From positions 152,210,001-152,274,000 of the forward strand of contig OZ024740.1 in NCBI GenBank assembly GCA_964016885.1: a stretch of 64,000 bases of DNA, written 5' to 3'. The position numbers and the translations under genes are program-made. This document shows, in pieces, positions 1 through 12,994 of the stretch; the stretch's first letter is position 1, and each line of letters opens with the position of its first letter. Under the pieces are notes generated by a model. The model saw only the letters and a program-made list of their open reading frames with translations. It was not told the origin of the DNA and made no database searches. This DNA comes from Eledone cirrhosa. Its lineage: Eukaryota.

Positions 1-261
1 AAAGTCAGCTCAAAAGTGACACAGAGGAGACTGAGGTTAGCTGGACATGCTCACCGACATCCAGAGTTGACATTGCACTCAGTGCTCCTGTGGGAGCCCC
101 TACATCGACACACTGGAAGTGGAAGACCAAGGTTAACGTATGTTGATGCCCTAAGGACAGACGCTGCTCTGTTGGAGACGCAGGACATGGCAGCAATAAT
201 GAGGGACAGAGACCGCTGGAGAGAACTCGTCCATGGATCTCGGGAATTTTACCCGCCCTAG
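1..261 (+). mobile_element. 3' end of an RTE-clade LINE ORF, followed by (TA)n
   Basis: Translation RRLRLAGHAHRH...LLWEP...GRPRLTYVD...MRDRDRWR matches the characteristic RTE C-terminus. Confidence 0.75.
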
Positions 262-564
262 ATATATATATATATATATATATACGTAAGTTGGATAGAT
301 GATTTCGGATTTCATAGAACATATCGAACGTATTGCAGAATATTATCCGATCTGTCCAGGTCTGTTTTTTAACCTGATTAGTTCTTTCGTTACTTTCGTA
401 TTGTATGGTTGGGTTTTGCCTACCGCAATTTTCAATTTGTCAATCTATCTAAACGTATGTTATTACTCAAAGGACCTACCTTATTGAGTGCTATGCTACT
501 CATTCCTTATTGAAGGTCGACTTTGCTTGGCCACAGCCGAAGCTTCGATTTTACTAAGCTTCCA

Positions 565-1014
565 CTTGTATATATATACATATATATATATTATACACAC
601 ACACTCATACATACATTCATACACACATACATAGATACATGCATACATACATACATTCATACATACATACATATATACACACACACATACATAACTACAT
701 ACATACATTCATACATACATACACACATACATACATACATACATACATACATACATACATACATACATACATACATACATACATACATACATACATACAT
801 ACATACGTACATATTTATATATATAATTAATTTAATTATATAGAAACACGGTTTATTAAAATCATACCTGCCCTCCAGCAAGTAGAAACTGAACTAAGAA
901 AAAACTAATGACTTAATGAAGATATAAATATATCAATATGACATACAACAAAACATAATACACTAACACGTGGTCACCTATTTCTTAGCTAGCTCCTTTT
1001 GTTTACAAACACAC

Positions 1015-1055
<41 letters not shown>

Positions 1056-1184
1056 CACACATGCATACATACAAACAGACATATATATATTTATATAAAT
1101 AAATGAATATATACATGTGTGTATGTGTGTATGCGGGTATGTGTGTATGTATATGTGTGTGTGTGTATGTGTGTATATATGTAT

Positions 1185-1223
<39 letters not shown>

Positions 1224-1417
1224 TGTGTGTCCTTTTGTTTACAAACACACACATATATATACACACACACATATGCATGCATACAAACAGACATATATAT
1301 GTATAAATAAATGAATATATAAATGTGTGTGTATGTGGGTGGGTGTGGGTGTGTGTATGTGTGTGTGTATGTGTGTATATGTGCGTATCTGTATGTGTAT
1401 GTGAGTGTGTGTGTATG

Positions 1418-1456
<39 letters not shown>

Positions 1457-1640
1457 AAAAGATAAACTGAAATAACAACAATATATAGTTAATAAAACAA
1501 AGCACAGGAGGCAAAATTACAGATATATTAGGTTCATAAACACACACACGCACACATACCGGCACACACACACACACAGGCACACACACACACACAGACA
1601 CACACACGCACACACACATATATATATATATTAGAAATAA
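565..1640. repeat. Compound microsatellites (TACA)n/(CA)n/(TA)n, with a short direct duplication at ~1001-1110 and ~1238-1322
   Basis: Seen directly in the sequence. Confidence 0.9.
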
Positions 1641-1659
1641 TATATATATATATATATGA

Positions 1660-1845
1660 AATAATTGTTTCTACTTTTGGCACAAGACCAGCAATTATCC
1701 CAGTACATTACTGGTACTTTATTTTATCGACCCCGTAAGGATGAAAGGCAAAGTGAACCTCGGCGGGATTTGAACTCAGACTATAAAGGGGCGTAAGTCT
1801 ATGCTTCAAAGCATGGTGTCCGACCTTCTACCGATACTGCCAATC
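1660..1845 (-). mobile_element. tRNA-derived SINE (the abundant family in this window)
   Basis: Reverse complement of the consensus ggattggcagtatcggtagagggtcggac...gagttcaaatcccgccgaggttaactttgcctttcatccttacggggtcgataaaataaagtaccag...gtgccaaaagtagaaacaattat. It has A-box-like and B-box (GTTCAAATCC) motifs. Confidence 0.85.
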
Positions 1846-1865
1846 CCCAACCCTTATATATATGA

Positions 1866-1914
<49 letters not shown>

Positions 1915-1916
1915 TG

Positions 1917-2285
<369 letters not shown>

Positions 2286-2310
2286 TATATATATATATAT
2301 ACATACATAC

Positions 2311-2405
<95 letters not shown>

Positions 2406-2489
2406 ACATTAACAGAGAAAGCCTTAAGCTTTACTCTGACTGGCTACCATCTCACTCAACAAACATTAGGATATACCTTAGTATAATCC

Positions 2490-2549
<60 letters not shown>

Positions 2550-2551
<2 letters not shown>

Positions 2552-5474
2552 TTCAAAATATTAACAAAAATAGAACTTCATTGTGATCAAGTATATTTTA
2601 TTATACATATTTCAGAGGTACTGAGCTAACTTCAACAGTACGTCCTCGTCAGATAAAATAAGATGATGCATGACATACCCTGACATAGTCGATGGTTAAG
2701 ATCCTGTCATGGTAGTGAGTAAGATATGACAAAACTCAATATATATATACCTTAAGATTGAGACATGAAAAAACTTACATATAATACATATAATACAGAG
2801 GGTGCGTGTGAGAAAGCTTAAAAATACATAACACCAATTTACATAACTGTTAGAGATTCAAATAATTTAAATTATTGATGAAAGAGGAAAGGAAAAAAGG
2901 AAGACAGAGAGAAAACAGATGAGAGGATAATATAGTTAGTAGAAGTATAGAGAGCAAAAGAGAATTGATCGAGGAAAGAGAGATGAAGAGGAATAATTTT
3001 TCTAGTGTAAAACATAGGGAGGGATGAATTATATATATCTATACAGAACTATACATTTGGGCATAGCTTTGCGAAAGAGTAAACTCGAATCTTTGAATTA
3101 TTGAATTATCTAGAAGTATTCATCAATCTAAATCTTAAATATAACTGGGTGTAATTATATGAAGGTTAATTTCCAGTCCTTAGTTAATTAGTTTTATATA
3201 CTATCCAAACGTATCCGGTTGACCGTTAACTTTCAAATCATTTAAATTAGTTCAGAGTAATGAATTAATCAAAGTGTATAATAATTCAGGCTATAAAAGT
3301 TTATAAATATCTGTATTAATATTAAAGTATACTATCATATTTAATTTAGAAAATCATATTTTATGAAATCAAATTTGCAAACATGAGAAAGAAGAAATAA
3401 TATTTTCATCCCACGAAGGTAATTCTTATTAAATTTTATTATATTATATTTAATTATTTATATTATATTGAAAATAATTCACATTATATACTTTATAAAA
3501 TAATTACAGTTTTAATTTTAAAAAATTAAGATTAACAATTAAAAGCATCTAAAGGCCTTATAATTAAACTTTAAAAAAAAGTTTATTATTAAATTAGATA
3601 TATGCATTTGTCTAAATATAAACAAAGATTATATTGTCTAAAGATTAAGATGATACCTATCAGTTACATATAACATAATACAATACAATAAATAAGTTAC
3701 TGATAATATTGTTAAAAATTAAGGTTTTAGATCAATTATTATAATAGGATCATGTAATACATATATACTATAAATATACAAGTCAAACTTCATGAATCAT
3801 AAGGATAAGAAACAGATTCAAAGTAAAAAGTGAATTGCTTGCGATCTTAAAAGTGCTCAATATCCAAGCTATATAGTTTTAAAATACAAGAAAATTTTTT
3901 TTTAAATTTATGTAGTAGTATAATGTGTCTGCAAACATGAGAAAGAGAAAACCTAGGGATTTCATTGACCCGAAGGTAATCCGAATTTAATAAAATAAAA
4001 TAAAATAATAATCGTTATATAATTAGAAAATTTAGAAAATATATAGAAAATATTTAACGATTATAACACTAGAAAGTCATTAAAGTATCTAAAGTACTTA
4101 TAAATGTAACTAGAAGAATATTATTATACTAGATATACAGATTTGTTCAAATATACATAGAGAGAGTATTCCAGATACTAGTGATCGATATACATATAAT
4201 AAATATAATAAATAATAAGTACAATCATTGTTATAATTGAAGTTTTACGTCAAGTTAAGTGAAAAAAAAGGTTTGTCGACTAGTATCGTGTGTGACGCAT
4301 ATACCATAAATATATATAAATAAAAATATATAAATCAAACTTCCTGAATCGTAAACATACTCCAAATGAATAAATATACAAAAACATAAAGGCGTGAATG
4401 ATTTACGGTTCATTATAACTGTTAAGCATATAAGCCATATATTAAAAAAAATATACAAGAATCCCAATCTAAACTAATATAACTAAACAATCAAATGATA
4501 TGCACATTCATCAAGAGATCATGTTAACAAATAATATGTTTATATACCTATACAGGACCCTTTAATCTAACATTAATCGTATCATAAATGAATAAAAAAA
4601 AAAATTATTGAAGTTTTATAATCTGTTATAACGTTTTAGGTACACAGTTGATAAGAGACGTCAAAAATTAGAACCTGTTTATTTAGTGTTTTTTCCTGAC
4701 TTTTTGCGAGGCTTGGAATGTAGACAAAGCTTTATGAAGGCAGTTTGAGAATAATTCACTTTTTTTGTTAATTAAATGTTCATAATTAGTCATTATTAAT
4801 AGGGTCTCCATGGTACAGAGGTTGCAGTTAGGTGATATTGAAGAATTCAAGTAAATTCTACTATTACACAACTTCGTCCAAGAAATCGAGTATTTTAAAT
4901 TTTTGTCTTTTAATGACCATATAAGTTGTGATAAAGAAGTCGAAGATTTCCTATTAGGATTCGAAAAAGAGCATTTGTGATTCGCAAATCTTGATTTAAA
5001 TGTCGAAGAAGTTGCACCAATATAGTTGTATGTGATGTTATTTGCTTTTACTGTGCATTTATATACCAGATTGCTATCCAGACAATTATTTTGCAGAGGG
5101 CAATCTGGTCTATTTCTACAATTACATTTCGATTTATTGTTATTACTATAAATTGTACTATTTACATTAACATTATTAGTATTCCGAAATGTTCTATTGA
5201 TTGTGCTTATAATGTTATTGTTATTCCTAGTATTAATATTGCTAGTGTTATTATATTCATTATCGTTGAATGTATGTTGATTATGATTTAGAATTCTACT
5301 ATTTATTTTAGTGATGTTCTTGGCCATATTCATAGTTGTAGAATAAGAAAGCTTAATTGTGTGTCTGTTAAATATGGAACGGTATTTATGTTGAATGGGA
5401 AAGGATTTATCTAAAGCTTTAAATAATAGATTTGCGAGTGGTGTTTTTATTGCTACAGAAGCCGGGGGGGGCAA
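2550..5474 (-). mobile_element. 5'-truncated Penelope-like element: GIY-YIG endonuclease ORF (4683-5474), long AT-rich 3' region and terminal hammerhead
   Basis: ORF contains CNCRNRPDCPLQNNCLDSNLVYKC...YIGAT...FKSRFANH...CNLC..E, the Cys/GIY-YIG pattern of PLEs. Confidence 0.88.
2594..2660 (-). ncRNA. Type I hammerhead ribozyme at the 3' end of a Penelope-like element
   Basis: Minus strand reads tattttat-CTGACGA-ggacgtactg...cagtacctct-GAAA-tatgta-TA-ataaaata, with an 8-bp stem I. Confidence 0.75.
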
Positions 5475-5544
5475 ACCATATAAATCAGTTATATACTTAT
5501 ATATAAAATGTATATAAATACAAATATATCTATATATCTATATA

Positions 5545-6250
5545 TTAATTGTAAGTATGTATGTATACGTACATACATATATGTATACAGACGTACAGTA
5601 GTATGTATATATATATACATACATGCACACACATATATATATGTACGTATGGGTTTACCGAACATTTATTATATATATATGTGTGTGCATGTATGTATAT
5701 ATATACATACTACTGTACGTCTGTATACATATATCTATGTACGTATACATACTTATATTTAAGTATCAGCCGTACTAAGAGTGAGAAATGAAATTTCGTT
5801 TCATTCTTTTCCATTTATCGTTTTCGGTGCGCCCGGCCGACTAACTCACTCGATATGCAAATTAGGCTGCTCAGCCGTTAATATGCATAAGGAAAGTATA
5901 TACTTTCAGACGTTCAATCGTCTGGCAGGAAAGTATACGATGCTGACGATAGCTAATAAGTTTGAAACTAGTACATCGTTCCTGTGCCAGTGTTGAACAA
6001 AAAGGCGACGATGGTTGCCTGAACACTGTACGGCGTAATTCGGGCTGTTTGTTTACAAACAAACCGAACATTATAATAAATGTTCGGTAAACCCATACGT
6101 ACATATATATATATATATGTGTGCATGTATGTATATATATACATACTATATACGTCTGTATACATATATGTATATACGTATACATACATACTTACATTTA
6201 AGTATCAGCCGTACTAAGAGTGAGAAATGAAATTTCGTTTCCTTCTTTTC
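5545..6250. mobile_element. Unclassified element with nested direct repeats (5751-5810 / 6190-6245) and inverted repeats (5550-5672 / 6062-6197)
   Basis: atttaagtatcagccgtactaagagtgagaaatgaaatttcgtttc occurs twice in direct orientation. gtacgtatgggtttaccgaacatttatt and its flank are inverted. Confidence 0.6.
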
Positions 6251-6369
6251 TATATATTAATTCACATACACAAACAGTGCACAGATATTTCATATGTTCA
6301 TTAGTCTTCAGATAAATGGCATCTGACAGCAATTGTCTTGTTTGATGAACGTCAACACTAATAATTATA

Positions 6370-7354
6370 GGTTTGGTGATGTTGTTGGTGCTGGTGGTGG
6401 TGGTGGTGGTGGTGGTGGTGGTGGTGGTGGCGGTGGTACGGTGGTGGTGGTGGTGGTGGCGGTGGTACGGTGGTGGTGGTGGTGGTGGCGGTGGTGGTGG
6501 TGGTGGTGGCGGTGGTACGGTGGTGGTGGCGGTGGTACGGTGGTGGTGGTGGTGGTGGTGGTGGTGGCGGTGGTACGGTGGTGGTGATGGTGGTGGCGAC
6601 ATGGTGGTGGTGGTGGTGGTAGTGGTGGTGGTAGTATGGTGGTGGTGGTGGTGGTGATGGTGGTGGTGGTGATGGTGGTGGTGGTGGTGGTGATGGTGGC
6701 GGTGGTATCGTGGTCGTGGTGGTGGTTATGGTGATGGTGGTGGTGGCATGGTGGTGGTGGTGGTGGTTGTGGTGATGGTGATGGTGATGGAGGTGGTGGT
6801 TGTGGTGGTGGTGGTATGGTGGTGATGGAGGTGGTGATGGTGGTGGTGATGGAGGTGGTGATGGTGGTGGTGGTGCCTTTTCCCCCATTGTTGTTGTTGT
6901 CATCGATGTTATTACCGTTGTTGTTGTCATCGATGTTGCTGCCGTTGATGTTGTTGTTGTCGTCGTTGATATTGTTGTTGTTGTTGTCATCGATGTCACT
7001 GTTGCTGATGTTATTGTTGTTGTCATCGATGTTGCTGCCGTTGTTGTTGTCATGGATGTCGCTGTTGCTGTTGTTGTTATTGTTGTTGTCTTCGATGTCA
7101 CTGTTGCTGTTGTTGTTATTGTTGTTGTCATCGCTGTTGTTGTTGTTATTGTTGTTGTCATGGATGTTGCTGATGTTGTTGTTGTTGTTGTTGTTGTTGT
7201 TGTCTTCGATGTCACTGTTGCTGATGTTGTTATTGTTGTTGTCATCGCTGTTGTTTTTGTTGTTGTTATTGTTGTTGTTGTTGTTGGTGTTGATGTCATT
7301 GTCGTCGCTGGTGTTATCTTACCTGTTTTTTTTTGTGTAGTAGTAGTAAGAGCA

Positions 7355-7444
<90 letters not shown>

Positions 7445-7490
7445 ACAGCAGCAACAGCAGCAGTAATAGTAGTAGTAGTTAAAGCAGCAA

Positions 7491-7547
<57 letters not shown>

Positions 7548-7548
7548 C

Positions 7549-7598
<50 letters not shown>

Positions 7599-7840
7599 AG
7601 TTTGTCATTGTTATTAGTAGTGGTGGTGGTGTTGGTGGCGCTGGTGGTGTTGGTGGTGTTGTTGTTTTTGTTGTTGGTGGTGGTGGTAGTGATAGTGTTT
7701 CTGATGGCGGAGTGGTAGGTTTGTTGATGTTATTAGTCGTGGTGGTGCTGGTGTTGGTATTGGTGACGTTAGTGTTGTTTTTGTTGGTGATAGTGTTGCT
7801 TATGGTGGAGTGGGGGGTTTGTTGGTATTATTTGTAGTGG
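6370..7840. repeat. ~1.5-kb compound trinucleotide repeat tract: (GGT)n, (GTT)n, (AGT)n/(AGC)n
   Basis: Seen directly. It explains the long poly-T/V/P/H ORFs. Confidence 0.95.
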
Positions 7841-7849
7841 TGGCCCCTT

Positions 7850-8585
7850 TATGTTCTGAGCTAAAATCCTGCTGTAGTCAACTTCACTTGTTACCCTTCC
7901 GGGGTCGATAAAGTAGAGTACCACTCATGTACTTGAGTACCACTCATGTACCACTCCCCCAAAAAAAATTTGGCCTTATACCTAAATTAAATATCGTTAA
8001 TGATAGTATTGATGATGATGCGAACATATTTTATTAGTCCACCCTCACATAAAACAGCTCTACGATCCCTGTGCAATAACACTATTGGTAACAACATTTG
8101 AGATACTGAACTACAAAATATATCTACTGCAGTGTTAATAAAGTTCGCAATGTCTTGGCATGATGGTACCAGCGGTTAAATTACTCGCGTTTGATAAGAT
8201 GGTGCCTCTAAAATTAATTGTTTCTACTTTAGACATAATTTGAAGGGGATTAAATCGACCCACTGGTGCTTTATTTAATCGACACCGTAAGGATGAAAGG
8301 CAAAGCTGACCTCTGTGGGATTTGAACTCAGAATGTAACGGGCTACGAAACATGGTGTCCGACGCTAAAGATAAAGATCTCTAATTTAGGCACAAAGCCA
8401 GCAAACTTTTGGGAAAGAGCAAAGTTAATTAAATGAACTCCAGTACTTGAGTTCTTTATTTTATCGAGCCAAAAGGATGAAAACCAAAGATGACCTCGGC
8501 GGTATTTGAACTCAGAGTGTTGTAAGTCGTTACTAAATAGCGCAACATTTTATCCGACGCTCTACCGATACTGCAATTCCACCAC
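7850..8585. mobile_element. Diverged SINE copies: one + fragment and two - copies
   Basis: ccttccggggtcgataaa on the + strand; aaggatgaaaggcaaagctgacctc...gggatttgaactcagaa is the reverse complement of the SINE core. Confidence 0.65.
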
Positions 8586-9799
8586 CGTACTGCTTCTAGT
8601 AACAATGTTAATAGGTTTTCATTGTCTGAGTTTAGTTGTGGTTGAGCGGATCTATGATTTAAGCAGTTTTATTTATGATGACCCTATCTTTATTTCAGAC
8701 AAAGGGGGCATGTAAACCAATATTTTCCAACGTGTCCTTCATTTTAAACAGAGACGATGTGATTTGAGGGCGATTTCTCAAATGTTTTTTTTTAGAAGAG
8801 CAAGTGACTATGTAAAGCTTCTCTCATGTGTTCATAGCTCTTGTTCTTGTTGTTCTTTCAATAGCAATACCCCGTACCATTCCTTTGTTAACCCTTTTGA
8901 TATTAAACTGCTAGTTCTATGGTATATAAGTGTTTATTTAAAATTGATTATATTTATATAAAGGCTTGCATCCTAATATCATATAAGAATCCTTGTTAAA
9001 TTACGTTCCAAACAAAAAAGTCAATTATATTATTACTAAATGCCTCAAAATTCCTGATTAATATCGAAATTATTTTAAAATCAGACTGATAGATATACAG
9101 AGAGATAGACTCACGGGGAGAAACAAAGAAAAACACACAGACTCACAAATAGGCAGACACACAAACAGATAGGCACAGACAGACAGATAGATAAAGAAAC
9201 AAACATATAGGCAACCACACAGACGGACACACCGACAAACACAGAGACACAGACAGAGACAGACAGAGACAGACAGACAAAGACCGACAGAAAGACCCAC
9301 AGACAGACAAGTGGACAAACAAACAGACATACAGACACACATACGGACACACAGACAGACATACATACTATTCATAGACACCAACCATGTGTCCTTTAAA
9401 CGACAGCATGTTGATATTTGTGGCATATTTGTTGACAATAGGATTTTTTCCTTACCTGCTTATTTGACTTGTTTACTGTCTTTATTTTAACTTCTATTAT
9501 TTATTATTGTTGTTAATATTACTATTCATTATCATCATTGTTATTTTTCTTTTGTTGATTTAGCCTCTACTTTACTTGATATAAACCCCATTTTGTGTTG
9601 TGTTTTGTGCTGTTGTTGTTCTCTATTCTTCTATTGTCCCCAACATCATGCGCCCCTGTAGTCAATAAAAGAATTAATTAATTATTATAATCTATTATTT
9701 ATATATGGCTGTGGTTATTGTTGTTGTTTGTTATGTTTGTAACTGATATCTCCTCATTTCCAGTGATATCGTGTATCGATCACCTTATCTGTCTATATT

Positions 9800-11925
9800 T
9801 CTTTGGCCCATAACTCTGCTCAACACAGAGTTAAACATTTTGGCCAAGGTGCTAGCAACGAGGTTGGCGCTTGTCGTCGAGAACCTGGTAAAGAAAGCGC
9901 AAACGTGTGCAATCCCGACCAGGTCCATACACGACAACCTCCACCTCATGCGATACATCATAGAGAGGGTGGGTAGTAAACCCGGCTTCGGTGGGGCTCT
10001 GATCAACTTGGATCAGTCTAAGGCATTCGATAGGGTCGACCATCGATACTTGGAAGCGGTTATCAAGGCGGCCGGTTTCGGTCCCGTGTTCAGAGGATGG
10101 ATCGAGGCGATGCATACCAGCATCTGCTCGAGGGTCAAGGTGAACGGCTACCTATCGGAGCCGTTCGCAATCACGCGTTCCATTCGACAGGGGTGCTCTC
10201 TCTCCTCCATTCTGTATGTATTGACTCTAGAGCCACTACTGCGGAAATTGGAGCTGTTGCAGGGCATCCCTCTAGAACCGGGACTGCGCAAAGCGGCGTC
10301 GGCTTATGCTGACGACGTGACGGTAATGGTGTCGAGAACGTCGGAAATCGGGGTGATCGGCAACTTACTGAAACGCTGACGAGAGCAAAATTAAACCCGG
10401 ACAAGTCTGTCGGTTCGCAACTCGGTACGTGGAGAGGCAAACCGATGACGTCAGACAACGTCGTTGGACGCTGGACGGACGGACCGGTGAAATTGCTCGG
10501 GGTCTGGTTCGGTCCAGACCTCCAGGTGGAGAAAAACTGGAACGAGGTCACGGCCAAGGTGTTTGCACTCAGCCAGAAGTGGGCAGAGTGCAAACTGTCC
10601 TTGAAAGGTCGAGCGGAGGTGGCGAACACTTTCATAGCGTCCGTCATCTACTACCGCTTGACTGTCGTGCCTTGTCCCCGTGAACACCTCGTCAAGATGG
10701 AACGCATGCTCTTCCAGTTTCTGTGGAAGAAACAGGCTCCGCTGGTGAGGAGATCCGTCTGCTGTCAGCACCCTTCCAACGTAGGGCTGGGAATGCCGTG
10801 GCTGATGATGCGCAAACATGCGCTGAGGCTGCGGCATCTCCAGGTATTCCTCACCGACCCCCAACCGGTGTGGGAACCGTTTGTGAGACAGGCTTTCCCA
10901 CAGCTTGTCTCGCTGACGGAGCTGCAGTCCTGGGTGAAGAAAAGACCGAAAACGATGGGCGCCTGGCACATTGAATGCGCTCAGGCGCTCATAGTTCTCT
11001 GGCAAGCGGGCGCAGCAATCAGTGGAGACTCCACTTCGATATTCTATAGAGGGATTGTACGTTACAAGGGCGACGACGTACTCGGAGAGACTCTGGGCAT
11101 CTAAGACGATGAGCTCACCAGTCTGTTTGGTATGACTTTCCGCCCGGGACCTATGGACAATTTCCAGAGGTCCCTGGCCTGGCAGTGCTACCGAGGAGCT
11201 CTAGCGGTTCGTGACAAGATCTACAGGTACGGACGCCCCGGCAGGGATCCTTCCAAGAGGACGTGTCCAAGATGCGCGCAGGACATTGAAACAGTCCTGC
11301 ACGCAATTGTACACTGCCCGGGCGTAACCGACCTGTGGAACTATGCAGAACAACTGCTGTCGCGTATGGGACAAATCCAGTTGACTGCCGAGTCCATAGT
11401 AAGGATCAAACCACCAGCCTCTTTCAAAAACGAAAGAGAGGCGGTTTTCCTCTGTACGGTGGCTATGGTGAAAGAAGTTATATGGTGGACGAGGTTGAGA
11501 GGACTGAGGACAGATGCCTTTCTCTCCGGACAACAATTGATTCCCTTCTTTAAGTATCACTTTAGAATGAGAATCAGGGTGGAGAGAGAGGCACTGCACC
11601 CCAGTAAATTTACTGAAAGGTGGGTGAATGAAGCGAAAATGGCCCGAGTGATTGGGCCTTCTCTGTTTATAAGCCTGTAGGTTGAGGAAGAGAGCAAAAG
11701 GAAGAAAGGTGCACTTGCACAACACGCTCCTGGAGTTGAGGGTTGTTCTATCTACGGGGTATTAAACAACCCATTTGTGGCGCCTCCCTCCTATTGGGGA
11801 TTTCGATTGTTGTAATTGTTTGTTTTTATATTTTTTACACGACTGTATGTAAAATCCCTGGCATGTGTCTTTGTTTTGTCCCCTTTTCTTGTGTGCCCTT
11901 GTGGCTAATAAAGAAATATATCTTT
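9800..11925 (+). mobile_element. 5'-truncated Tx1/L1-clade LINE: RT, C-terminal zinc knuckle and 3' UTR, disrupted by a frameshift and stops
   Basis: PITLLNTELNILAKVLA, LDQSKAFDRVDH, SIRQGCSLS, AYADDVT and CPRCAQDIETVLHAIVHC motifs. AATAAA at ~11907. Confidence 0.92.
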
Positions 11926-12994
11926 CTTTGGAATGGACCACCGCCGTTTTCGACGATGATTGCTACTGTTGTTTGATAATCGGAATAATTTGCTGGTGAA
12001 ATTAACGTGAACGTAGCTGAACATTCCACAAATACGTGTAGCCTTAATGTAGTTCTCATGAGAGTTAGTATGACACAGTGTGTGTGATAAGGATGGACCT
12101 TTGAATTAGAGTTTATAGTCAATCCTACGGGCTTTCAAACTGTTTCCGTCGACCCAATTTCCCTCACAAAACTTGGATCGAGTCATCGCTATGGTAAATG
12201 GTACTTACCCAAGATGATATGCAGTGAGGTCGAACCTGGGACCTAATGATAGGGGAGCGAACTTTTAAACCATACGGCCATGCTGCACCACATCTTTCTC
12301 TAATCAAACACTCTACATCAACATCTTTAACAAATATGAAGCCAATTCTTTCTTTCATTCATTCTTTTTCTTTTTATCACCAATTCTGCTTTCCTTTTTT
12401 TTTTTCAACCCTTTCTTTCAGTATATATATGTAGTCAAATTCTTGTTTGAATTGTTTTCTTATATTTATTTATTTGTTTATTTATTCCTTTATTTCTTTA
12501 TTAACATTCCATTGCTCTCTTCTTCACACTTCACACTACAGCCCTATACACCCCGCCAGGACTCTACATACATCACACAAACCACACCACATAAAGAAAA
12601 TAATAATTAAAAATAACTAAAACAACATCAATAGCAACAATAACCCAATCTCACCCCTAACCCCCCCAAATATTCCAGACAGATTTCCTAACTAATATTC
12701 TAGTTCAGTTTTGTAAATGGAAAACAACAATGCTCTTTTTAGCCTAACCTGACCTAAGCCAAAGCCAAGACCTAGGATCTGCAATGTCGTTAATGGAGCT
12801 GGAAATATGTCACGAAGAACCTTTTCTTTCAATGTCACTTCTTGTTTCTCGCTAAAGGCTTTGTTGAATGCTTTCTTACCTTGACTTTCTGTTATAAAGA
12901 CTTTCTGTTATAAAGTTTTTCTGTCATATAGTCCCACAAGCTCTTGCACTCACTGCGTACACATTGTGTAACTGAAATTAAACATTTCCCACCT

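Noticed and set aside
6358-7837. 416-aa Thr/His/Pro-rich and 345-aa Val-rich ORFs as genes
   Set aside because: By-products of trinucleotide repeats that are open on both strands.
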